DNA of 64,000 nucleotides from an uncultured Mycoplasmatota bacterium (GTDB lineage Bacteria; Bacillota_I; Bacilli_A; RF39; UBA660): NCBI GenBank assembly GCA_900547995.1, contig URIY01000002.1, positions 2,319 to 66,318 of the forward strand, read 5' to 3'. Shown piece by piece: positions 55,404 to 64,000 of this stretch (position 1 is its first letter; each line of letters starts with the position of its first letter). The notes under the pieces were generated by a model. It saw only the letters and a program-made list of their open reading frames with translations, ran no database searches and was not told where the DNA came from. The position numbers and the translations under genes were made by a program.

Positions 55404-57398
55404 ATGAATGATTTATCAGATATAAAGGGACTTGGACCAAAGGGAATTAATAACTTAAAAAAAGTTAATATAAATACCTGTAATGATCTAATTAATTTTT
55501 ATCCATATAAGTATAATGTTATAAAAAAAAGTGATATTAGATCATTAAATCAAGATGATAAGATTATCATAGATGGATATGTTGAAACAATACCAATAGT
55601 ATATTTTATAAATAAAAAATTAAATAAAATGAGTTTTAAACTTAATACTGGTGAACGAATAATTAATATTACTATTTTTAATAGAAGCTATTTGAAAAGT
55701 AAACTTGATTTAAAAAATGTTATTATTGTTATAGGTAAATATGATAAAGAACATAATTCTATTGTTGCTACAGATATAAGATTCGAAAAAATTGGAGATG
55801 AAATTAAAATAGAACCAGTATATCATGGTATTCATGGAATTAGTAATAAGGCGATTAATAATTTTATTATGCAGGTTCTTGATAATAATAAAACGATAAT
55901 TGATAATATACCTGATTATTTTAAGGAAAAATATAATTTTAAAGACAAATTTACATCAATAAAAATAGTTCATAATCCTAATGATATAGATATACTAAAT
56001 AGGTCAGTAACGCGATTAAAATATGAGGAATTATTTGTATTTATGTTAAAAATGAATTATTTAAAGCAAAGGAAGAATACTTTAAATGGTATAACTAGAG
56101 TTGTATCATATACAAGGGTTAAAGATTTTATTGATAATTTGCCTTTTAAATTAACAAGTGATCAAGAATTATCTATTCAACAAATATATGAAGATATGGT
56201 AAGTTCCAATATAATGAATAGATTATTACAAGGGGATGTAGGTAGTGGTAAAACAATAGTAGCGATATGTGCTATGTATATAAATTTTCTAAGTGGTTAT
56301 CAAAGTGCAATGATGGCTCCTACAGAAGTTTTGGCAATGCAACATTATAATAATTTGATTAAGTATTTTGAAAATTATAATATCAAAGTAGGGTTACTTA
56401 CAGGGAAGATGAAAGCATCTGAAAAAAGAAGAATGCATGAAATGATACAAAATGGAGAAATTGATGTCATTATAGGCACACATGCTTTAATAACCGAAGA
56501 TGTTATATATAAGAATTTAGGGTTAGTAATAACAGATGAACAACATAGATTTGGAGTTAATCAAAGAGGATGCCTTAAATCAAAGGGTATTAATCCTGAT
56601 ATTTTATATATGAGTGCAACACCTATTCCTAGAACATATGCTTTAACGCTATATGGCGATATGGATATATCTAATATTAAAACTATGCCTATTGGTAGGA
56701 AGGATGTTCAAACATATTTAAAAAGTAATAATGACATAAAAGATGTCCTTATGATGATGTATAGTCAGTTAAGAGAAAATCATCAAATATATGTTGTTGC
56801 TCCATTAATTGAAGAATCTGAAAACAGTGATATGGAAAATGTTCTAGATTTATATGATAAGATGAATAGAGCATTTGGCAAGAAATATAGTATAGGTATA
56901 ATGCATGGTAAATTAAAAAATGATGAAAAAGAAGAAATGATGCGTGCTTTTAAAGAAAATGAAATACAAGTTCTAGTCGCAACAACAGTCATAGAAGTTG
57001 GTGTTGATGTGCCTAATGCTACAATGATGGTTATATTTGATGCATATAGATTTGGACTTTCAACGATTCATCAATTAAGAGGTAGAGTAGGTAGAAATTC
57101 AATTCTATCATATTGTATATTAATAAGTGATAAAGAAACAAAACGATTACAAATATTAACAGAAACAACAGATGGCTTTAAAATAAGTGAGGAAGATTTT
57201 TTATTAAGAGGTAGCGGTGATATATTTGGTATTAAACAAAGTGGTGATATGGTATTTAATTTATCAAATTTAAAAAGGGATTATAAACTTCTATTACGAG
57301 TAAAAGATGATGTTGAGTATTTTGTTGATAATATTATTGATAATGATAATAATGTATATTTTAAGGAACTGATTAAGAATTCGATTAATTTGAATTAA
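55404..57398 (+). CDS. recG: ATP-dependent DNA helicase RecG
   Basis: 664 aa with a wedge/OB N-domain and SF2 helicase motifs (GDVGSGKT, DEQHRFG, SATPIPRT, the TRG-like motif QLRGRVGR). Confidence 0.92.
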   Translation: MNDLSDIKGLGPKGINNLKKVNINTCNDLINFYPYKYNVIKKSDIRSLNQDDKIIIDGYVETIPIVYFINKKLNKMSFKLNTGERIINITIFNRSYLKSKLDLKNVIIVIGKYDKEHNSIVATDIRFEKIGDEIKIEPVYHGIHGISNKAINNFIMQVLDNNKTIIDNIPDYFKEKYNFKDKFTSIKIVHNPNDIDILNRSVTRLKYEELFVFMLKMNYLKQRKNTLNGITRVVSYTRVKDFIDNLPFKLTSDQELSIQQIYEDMVSSNIMNRLLQGDVGSGKTIVAICAMYINFLSGYQSAMMAPTEVLAMQHYNNLIKYFENYNIKVGLLTGKMKASEKRRMHEMIQNGEIDVIIGTHALITEDVIYKNLGLVITDEQHRFGVNQRGCLKSKGINPDILYMSATPIPRTYALTLYGDMDISNIKTMPIGRKDVQTYLKSNNDIKDVLMMMYSQLRENHQIYVVAPLIEESENSDMENVLDLYDKMNRAFGKKYSIGIMHGKLKNDEKEEMMRAFKENEIQVLVATTVIEVGVDVPNATMMVIFDAYRFGLSTIHQLRGRVGRNSILSYCILISDKETKRLQILTETTDGFKISEEDFLLRGSGDIFGIKQSGDMVFNLSNLKRDYKLLLRVKDDVEYFVDNIIDNDNNVYFKELIKNSINLN

Positions 57399-57557
57399 TC
57401 TTTATTTTATATATGAAAAGTAATAAAAAATCATTGACAATCATACAATATAAGTGATATATTAATATCGCATTCATATTTTGGATTTACTTAGGTAAAT
57501 CTTTAATTAACATTTTATAAGAAACGCGTGGATGTGTGTAAAGAAAGGAGGAATATC

Positions 57558-57977
57558 ATGCCTACAATTAATCAATTAGTTAGAAATAGACGTAGTGAAA
57601 AAACAAGAAAAAGTAAATCACCAGTTTTAGGAATTGGTTATAATAGCAAGGAGAAAAAGCAAACTAAAGCTCAAGCTCCACAAAAACGTGGTGTTTGTAC
57701 TCGTGTTGGTACAATGACTCCAAAGAAACCAAACTCAGCTCTTCGTAAATATGCTCGTGTTAGACTTTCTAATGGAATGGAAGTTACTGCTTATATTATG
57801 GGTGAGGGACACAACTTACAAGAGCACAGTGTTGTATTAATTCGTGGTGGACGTGTTAAGGACTTAATCGGTGTTCGTTATCATATTGTACGTGGTACAC
57901 TTGATACTGCCGGAGTTGACAAACGTCGCCAAGGTCGTTCTAAATATGGAACAAAGAGACCAAAAGATAAAAAATAA
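57558..57977 (+). CDS. rpsL: 30S ribosomal protein S12
   Basis: MPTINQLVR...[30 protein letters not shown]... The start was corrected to the ATG after the AAGGAGG ribosome-binding site. Confidence 0.95.
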   Translation: MPTINQLVRNRRSEKTRKSKSPVLGIGYNSKEKKQTKAQAPQKRGVCTRVGTMTPKKPNSALRKYARVRLSNGMEVTAYIMGEGHNLQEHSVVLIRGGRVKDLIGVRYHIVRGTLDTAGVDKRRQGRSKYGTKRPKDKK

Positions 57978-57984
57978 TAATTAA

Positions 57985-58485
<501 letters not shown>

Positions 58486-58506
58486 TTATAAGGAAAGGAA
58501 TATAAT

Positions 58507-60582
58507 ATGGCTCGTGAATATAGCTTAGAGAATACTCGTAATTTTGGTATCATGGCACACATTGATGCTGGAAAAACTACTTGTACAGAACGTATTTTAT
58601 TTCATACAGGAAAAATCCATAAAATTGGTGAAACACATGATGGTGCTTCACAAATGGACTGGATGGAGCAAGAACAAGAACGTGGTATTACTATAACATC
58701 AGCAGCTACAACAGCATTCTGGAAGCACAATCGTTTAAATATAATTGATACTCCAGGTCACGTTGACTTTACTGTTGAAGTTTCAAGATCACTTCGTGTA
58801 TTAGATGGTGCTGTTGCCCTTCTTGATACACAAGCAGGTGTAGAACCACAAACGGAAACTGTATGGCGTCAAGCAAGTGAATTCAAAGTTCCTCGTTTAA
58901 TCTTCTGTAATAAGATGGATAAAATGGGTGCTAACTTTGAATACAGTTTAAAAACTATTGATGACCGTTTAGGCGTTAATGCTAAACCAATTGAATGGCC
59001 AATTGGCGCTGAAAATGAATTCAATGGTGTTATTGATTTAATAACAAGAACTGCTTACCATTATGATGGAAAGCAAGATGAAAACCCAACTATTATTGAT
59101 ATCCCTGCTGATATGGTAGATTTAGTTGAGGAAAAACGTAATGACTTAATTGAAGCAGTTGCTGAATTTGATGATGAACTTATGACTAAATACCTAGATG
59201 GTGAAGAGGTAAGTGTTGAAATGATTAAAGCAGCAATTAGAAAAGGTGTTTTAAGTGCTGAATTCTTCCCAGTATTATGTGGTACTGCACTTGGAAACAT
59301 GGGTGTTAAGTTATTACTAGATGCTGTTATTGATTATTTACCATCTCCACTTGATATACCTTCAATTAAAGGTGTTGATATGGATGGTGAACCAATCGAA
59401 AGACATCCATCTGATTCAGAACCTTTTGCAGCTCTTGCATTTAAGGTTATGACAGATCCATTTGTTGGAAAATTAACATTCTTCCGTGTATATTCAGGAC
59501 ATTTATCAAGCGGTTCATACGTTTTAAATGCTACTAAAAATACTAAGGAAAGAGTGGGACGTATCCTACAAATGCATGCTAATACAAGAACAGAAATTAG
59601 TGAAGTTTATACAGGTGATATCGCTGCTGCAGTAGGTCTTAAAAATACAACTACTGGAGATACACTTTGCGATGAAAAGAAACCTTGTATTCTAGAATCA
59701 ATGGAATTCCCAGAACCAGTTATTGAACTTGCTGTTGAACCAAAATCAAAAGCAGATCAAGATAAGATGGGACTTGCTCTTCAAAAATTAGCTGAAGAAG
59801 ATCCAACATTTAGAGCTTCAACAGATTTTGAAACAGGTCAAACTATTATTGCTGGTATGGGTGAATTACACCTTGATATTATCGTTGATCGTATGAAACG
59901 TGAATTTGGTGTTGAAGCTAATATTGGTAAACCACAAGTTTCATATCGTGAGACAATTACACAAGCAGCAGAATGCGAAGGAAAATATATCAAACAATCT
60001 GGTGGACGTGGACAATACGGACATGTTTGGATTAGATTTGAACCAAATCCAGATAAAGGATATGAATTCGTTGATGCAATCGTTGGTGGTGTTGTTCCAA
60101 GAGAATATATACCAGTAACTGATAAAGGTTTACAAGATGCCCTAAAGACAGGTGTTTTAGCAGGTTACCCTATGGTAGATGTTAAAGCAACATTATTTGA
60201 TGGATCATATCATGATGTTGACTCATCTGAAATGGCATATAAAATTGCTGCATCTATGGCTTTAAAAGAGGCTAAAAATAAATGTAAACCAGTTTTACTT
60301 GAACCTATCATGAAAGTTCAAATTGTTGTTCCTGATGAATATCTTGGAACAGTTATGGGAGATGTTACATCTCGTCGTGGTCGTCCACTAGGACAAGAAT
60401 CTCGTGGAAATGCACTTGCAATCAATGCATTAGTACCACTTTCAGAAATGTTTGGATATGCAACAAGTTTACGTTCAAATACACAAGGACGTGGAACATT
60501 CATTATGGAATTTGATCATTACGAAGAAGTTCCAAAGAACATTGCTGAAGAAATCATCAAAAAAAATGGTGGTAATAATTAA
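58507..60582 (+). CDS. fusA: elongation factor G
   Basis: [17 protein letters not shown] and NKMDK G-domain motifs. 691 aa. Confidence 0.97.
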   Translation: MAREYSLENTRNFGIMAHIDAGKTTCTERILFHTGKIHKIGETHDGASQMDWMEQEQERGITITSAATTAFWKHNRLNIIDTPGHVDFTVEVSRSLRVLDGAVALLDTQAGVEPQTETVWRQASEFKVPRLIFCNKMDKMGANFEYSLKTIDDRLGVNAKPIEWPIGAENEFNGVIDLITRTAYHYDGKQDENPTIIDIPADMVDLVEEKRNDLIEAVAEFDDELMTKYLDGEEVSVEMIKAAIRKGVLSAEFFPVLCGTALGNMGVKLLLDAVIDYLPSPLDIPSIKGVDMDGEPIERHPSDSEPFAALAFKVMTDPFVGKLTFFRVYSGHLSSGSYVLNATKNTKERVGRILQMHANTRTEISEVYTGDIAAAVGLKNTTTGDTLCDEKKPCILESMEFPEPVIELAVEPKSKADQDKMGLALQKLAEEDPTFRASTDFETGQTIIAGMGELHLDIIVDRMKREFGVEANIGKPQVSYRETITQAAECEGKYIKQSGGRGQYGHVWIRFEPNPDKGYEFVDAIVGGVVPREYIPVTDKGLQDALKTGVLAGYPMVDVKATLFDGSYHDVDSSEMAYKIAASMALKEAKNKCKPVLLEPIMKVQIVVPDEYLGTVMGDVTSRRGRPLGQESRGNALAINALVPLSEMFGYATSLRSNTQGRGTFIMEFDHYEEVPKNIAEEIIKKNGGNN

Positions 60583-60652
60583 TTAAGTCTTGATATTTTT
60601 TCAAGATTTAGATACAATATTTATGTATAATAATTAAAGGAGGAAAATTAAA

Positions 60653-61837
60653 ATGGCAAAAGCTAAATTCGATCGTTCAAAACCACATGTTAATATTGGT
60701 ACAATTGGACACGTAGACCATGGTAAAACTACTTTAACAGCAGCTATTACCAATGTATTATCAAAAAAAGGATATGCTGATTTCGTTGATTATGCAAACA
60801 TCGATAAGGCACCTGAAGAAAGAGAAAGAGGTATTACAATTAATACTTCACATGTTGAATATCAAACTGATAAGAGACACTATGCACACGTTGACTGTCC
60901 AGGACATGCTGACTATGTAAAGAACATGATTACTGGTGCAGCTCAAATGGATGGAGCAATCTTAGTTATTGCTGCAACTGATGGACCTATGGCACAAACT
61001 CGTGAACATATCTTACTTTCACGTCAAGTTGGTGTACCTCGTATGGTTGTATTCATGAACAAATGTGATATGGTAGATGATCCAGAATTACTAGACTTAG
61101 TAGAAATGGAAATTCGTGACCTATTAAATGAATACGGATTTGATGGAGATAATACTCCAATTATTCGTGGATCAGCATTAAAAGCTCTTGAAGGAGATCC
61201 TAAGTATGAACAAGCAATCCTTGACTTAATGGATGCAGTTGATAATTGGATTGAAACTCCAGTTCGTGATACTGATAAACCATTCTTAATGCCAATTGAA
61301 GACGTTTTCACAATCACAGGACGTGGTACTGTTGTTACAGGACGTGTTGAACGTGGACAATTGAAACTTAATGATGAAGTTGAAATCGTTGGTATCAAAG
61401 ATACTAAGAAAACTGTTGTTACAGGAATTGAAATGTTTAGAAAACAACTAGACTATGCTGAAGCAGGAGATAATGCTGGTGTATTATTACGTGGTATTTC
61501 TCGTGAAGAAGTTGAAAGAGGTCAAGTTCTTGCTAAACCAGGTTCAGTTACTCCACATAAGAAATTCAAAGCTCAAGTTTATATCTTAAGTAAAGAAGAA
61601 GGTGGAAGACATACACCATTTATGTCAAATTATCGTCCACAATTCTATTTCAGAACTACAGATGTTACTGGTGTTATTGAATTACCAGAAGGTGTAGAAA
61701 TGGTTATGCCTGGAGATAACGTTGAAATGACAGTTGAATTAATTGCTCCAATCGCAATTGAAAATGGTACTAAATTCTCTATCCGTGAGGGTGGACATAC
61801 AGTTGGTGCTGGTAACGTTTCAGAAGTTATTGAATAA
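60653..61837 (+). CDS. tuf: elongation factor Tu
   Basis: [22 protein letters not shown]. 394 aa. Confidence 0.97.
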   Translation: MAKAKFDRSKPHVNIGTIGHVDHGKTTLTAAITNVLSKKGYADFVDYANIDKAPEERERGITINTSHVEYQTDKRHYAHVDCPGHADYVKNMITGAAQMDGAILVIAATDGPMAQTREHILLSRQVGVPRMVVFMNKCDMVDDPELLDLVEMEIRDLLNEYGFDGDNTPIIRGSALKALEGDPKYEQAILDLMDAVDNWIETPVRDTDKPFLMPIEDVFTITGRGTVVTGRVERGQLKLNDEVEIVGIKDTKKTVVTGIEMFRKQLDYAEAGDNAGVLLRGISREEVERGQVLAKPGSVTPHKKFKAQVYILSKEEGGRHTPFMSNYRPQFYFRTTDVTGVIELPEGVEMVMPGDNVEMTVELIAPIAIENGTKFSIREGGHTVGAGNVSEVIE

Positions 61838-61851
61838 TAATTATATGATTA

Positions 61852-61883
61852 ATAAAAAAACTCTATCAAATGATAGAGTTTTT
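61852..61883. terminator. bidirectional terminator between tuf and the convergent small gene
   Basis: aaaaaaACTCTATCAaatGATAGAGTtttttct. Confidence 0.8.
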
Positions 61884-61884
61884 T

Positions 61885-62076
61885 CTAGTTATTACCCCAA
61901 GCTCTAGCACCGATAATAATAACTAAAAGGATAAATAATACTAAGATTATAGCTGCACCATATCCAGCGCCATATCCAGTTCCGCCACATGGAGCATATT
62001 GACCACATCCGCCAGAACCATATCCTTGATATCCACCGTAATAATACATAAAGCGTGCCTCCTTTTCTATTTTCAA
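61885..62076 (-). CDS. YjcZ-family small Gly/Tyr-rich protein with a C-terminal TM helix
   Basis: MYYYGGYQGYGSGGCGQYAPCGGTGYGAGYGAAIILVLFILLVIIIGARAW shows GYG repeats plus a hydrophobic tail, as in the Bacillus sporulation-associated YjcZ family. A GGAGG ribosome-binding site is present. The third-position bias looks like real coding sequence. Confidence 0.6.
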   Translation of the reverse strand: MKIEKEARFMYYYGGYQGYGSGGCGQYAPCGGTGYGAGYGAAIILVLFILLVIIIGARAWGNN

Positions 62077-62196
62077 TATATATTATTATAAAAATACGTT
62101 TTTGCATAAACTAAAACCCATTTTTTTTATTTTCTTCTAAACTTGTTTAAAAAAAATATATATTGTGTTATTATATAATATGTAGGGTGATAAGAT

Positions 62197-63381
62197 ATGA
62201 AACATTTATTTAGAAAAATATTTAAAAATTTTAAGTATATGGATAAACAATTATTAATTGTTTCACTTATCATGATTGCTTATGGTCTTCTAAATATTGT
62301 TACAGCATCTAGTAGAGAAGCAGTAGATAAAGAAGTTCCTTTATATTATTTTTTCTTTAAACAATCAATTATGCTTATAATTGGCTTGATAATTGGCTTG
62401 ATTATTATTAAGACCGATACAGGATCTAAAAAATTTTCAACTATATCTATGCTTGGTTTTATTGCAATTGGTATTTGTTTAGTATATGTATCTTTATATG
62501 GAAATAGTAATAGAGGTGCTAAAAATTGGATTTCTATTGCAGGTATTACATTTCAACCAAGTGAGCTTGCTAAACCCATTATTATTGTTTGTTTGTCACT
62601 CTTATTTGAAAAATATTATAATTATTTTAAAACTAAAGGAATAAATCATTATAATAAAATTGCACTTATTTTATTTATTGGCCTTACTTATGCGGCTATT
62701 ATTTTCTTTCAAAAAGACCTTGGTACAATGCTTATTATATGTATTATTTTTATTGTTCTTTTCCTAGCAAGCCCCATACTTAGAATTGAAAAGGTTAAAA
62801 CATCAATGACTGTACTTGTCGCAGGAACAATTGGTATTTTAATTTTAATGGTTGGAACAGGTGGAAAGGTCTTGTCAGAAGCCCAATTAGAAAGATTTAA
62901 TTTTTTTAATCCTTGTAAAAATTATGAAACAAGTGGTTATCAAATATGCAATAGTTTTATTGCTATAAATGATGGTGGGTTAACAGGACTAGGGATTGGT
63001 AAAAGTAAGCAAAAATATTCTTACATACCAGAGCCTCATACTGATAGTGTGTTTGCTATTATAGTGGAAGAAAATGGATTAATTTTTTGTGCCTTTATTT
63101 TTATTGGATATATGGTAATACTATGGCGAATACTTGAAATATCATCTAGAGCAACAACTATTCGAGGAAGATATATATCTTTAGGAGTAGCAACTTATTT
63201 CTTTGCCCATATTTTTATTAATTTAGGAGGTTTATTTGGTATTATACCGTTAACGGGAGTACCATTGCCATTCTTATCATATGGTGGCTCATTTTTGATA
63301 TCATCTATATGCTCATTATGTTTAGTACAAAGAGTTTCTATTGAAACTTCCTTATCTAATATAGATACAAAAGTAATGTAA
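62197..63381 (+). CDS. SEDS-family peptidoglycan glycosyltransferase (FtsW/RodA/SpoVE)
   Basis: 394 aa with about 10 TM helices and conserved SEDS motifs (..QPSELAKP.., GGSFL). FtsW, RodA or SpoVE cannot be told apart here. Confidence 0.85.
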   Translation: MKHLFRKIFKNFKYMDKQLLIVSLIMIAYGLLNIVTASSREAVDKEVPLYYFFFKQSIMLIIGLIIGLIIIKTDTGSKKFSTISMLGFIAIGICLVYVSLYGNSNRGAKNWISIAGITFQPSELAKPIIIVCLSLLFEKYYNYFKTKGINHYNKIALILFIGLTYAAIIFFQKDLGTMLIICIIFIVLFLASPILRIEKVKTSMTVLVAGTIGILILMVGTGGKVLSEAQLERFNFFNPCKNYETSGYQICNSFIAINDGGLTGLGIGKSKQKYSYIPEPHTDSVFAIIVEENGLIFCAFIFIGYMVILWRILEISSRATTIRGRYISLGVATYFFAHIFINLGGLFGIIPLTGVPLPFLSYGGSFLISSICSLCLVQRVSIETSLSNIDTKVM

Positions 63382-63452
63382 GTTTTTTACATTTTTTTTG
63401 TTTTAAAAAGGGATTTATTACTTGTTTATTGTAATATATAAATGGTGATGGT

Positions 63453-64000
63453 ATGAAGGATAAAAGAAAATATTTAGTATTGCTAATTATACCAATACTG
63501 TTATTATTGTTTTTTCTCTCTAATTTAAATAGTGAACATGATGAAATTATAGAGGAAGAAATAGAAACTGAAAAAAGTCTATCAATAGACATAAAAGGTG
63601 CCGTAAAAAATCCAGGTGTATATGAATTAAAAGATGGAAGTGTTGTTAAAGACGCTATTGATGTAAGTGGAGGCTTATTAGGAAGTGCTAACACAGAACA
63701 TATTAATTTAAGCAAAAAAATAGTTGATGAAATGGTTATTATTATTTATACCAATGAAGAAATACAAGAAATGACTGAAGGAAGTACAAGTATTAAGGTA
63801 GTAGATAAAGAATGTATTTGCCCTAAAATAGAAAATAATGCATGTATAGATAATAATAATAAATACGCAAATATATCTAGTGAAATTAATCAAAGTACAT
63901 CTAATAAAATTTCTCTTAATAATGCCAGTAAAGAAGAATTAATGACTTTAAATGGTATAGGTGAATCAAAAGCAAATGCTATTATAGAATATAGAAATAA
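63453..64000 (+). CDS. comEA: ComEA-family DNA receptor (SLBB + helix-hairpin-helix), 3' end truncated by the window edge
   Basis: N-terminal TM, an SLBB-like segment IDIKGAVKNPGVYELKDGSVVKDAIDVSGG and a C-terminal LNNASKEELMTLNGIGESKANAIIEYR HhH motif. No stop codon before position 64000. Confidence 0.8.
   Translation, partial: MKDKRKYLVLLIIPILLLLFFLSNLNSEHDEIIEEEIETEKSLSIDIKGAVKNPGVYELKDGSVVKDAIDVSGGLLGSANTEHINLSKKIVDEMVIIIYTNEEIQEMTEGSTSIKVVDKECICPKIENNACIDNNNKYANISSEINQSTSNKISLNNASKEELMTLNGIGESKANAIIEYRN

Noticed and set aside
59061-59300. Antisense ORFs inside fusA and tuf (also 60318-60503 and 61024-61398 on the - strand)
   Set aside because: They lie entirely within highly conserved EF-G/EF-Tu coding sequence on the opposite strand. 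Their Ser/Pro-rich products are typical of antisense reading through GC-richer, codon-biased genes.
61904-62107. 67-aa minus-strand ORF (W/R-rich) overlapping the YjcZ-like gene in another frame
   Set aside because: It is an alternative frame of the same Gly/Tyr-codon repeats. The YjcZ-like frame has the ribosome-binding site and a recognisable family pattern.
63356-63715. 119-aa minus-strand ORF overlapping the ftsW/rodA 3' end and the comEA 5' end
   Set aside because: The plus strand across the same span encodes a convincing ComEA (SLBB + HhH) with an ATG and upstream promoter-like sequence. The minus ORF is S/L/I-rich low complexity.

Overview
This is a 64-kb chromosomal segment from a very AT-rich (roughly 27-30% GC) low-GC Gram-positive bacterium. 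The housekeeping genes keep a Bacillus-like order and are nearly all on the + strand. In order they are: secDF 3' end, relA, an AI-2E permease, hisS, a class-IIb AsnRS/AspRS-like synthetase, radC-mreC-mreD-spoIVFA/spoIVFB-like-rplU-prp-rpmA, infC-rpmI-rplT, rnhC, cvpA, trxA, greA, folA, tig, an ABC-F ATPase, def, recG, rpsL-rpsG-fusA-tuf, ftsW/rodA-like and comEA (cut at the window end). Four accessory blocks sit between them. (1) At 6.9-16.9 kb there is a cell-surface island: an 820-aa protein with a type-IV-pilin class-III signal peptide, a 1097-aa multidomain glucosaminidase autolysin, a convergent PASTA-repeat membrane protein, and a Wzy-like gene plus a GT2 gene. (2) At 23.4-28.6 kb there are glycosyltransferases (GT4, Alg14/Alg13-like pair, galE), then a decayed IS605-family tnpB whose structured GC-rich right end (omegaRNA-like) is still intact. 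(3) At 30.7-35.5 kb there are two tandem paralogous proteins built from duplicated sigma70-region-4-like HTH plus helix-hairpin-helix (RpoA-CTD-like) modules, each with its own promoter. I could not assign them to a described family, so they are the top candidate for something novel. They are followed by a YhfW-like FAD/Rieske oxidoreductase and CotF-like genes. (4) At 42.6-52.6 kb there is a ribitol-phosphate teichoic acid locus (tarIJ, three TagF-like genes including a GT2-TagF fusion, tagGH) joined to a Wzz-BY-kinase fusion and a CpsB-like phosphatase. Other notable points: ribosomal protein L20 carries a C-terminal Rho_N/SAP-like extension, infC has an attenuator leader and a non-AUG start, mreB and minCD are missing from an otherwise conserved mre-spoIVF-rplU syntenic block, and an atypical kinase-like protein sits next to two flavodoxin-like genes. 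I saw no rRNA, tRNA or CRISPR.
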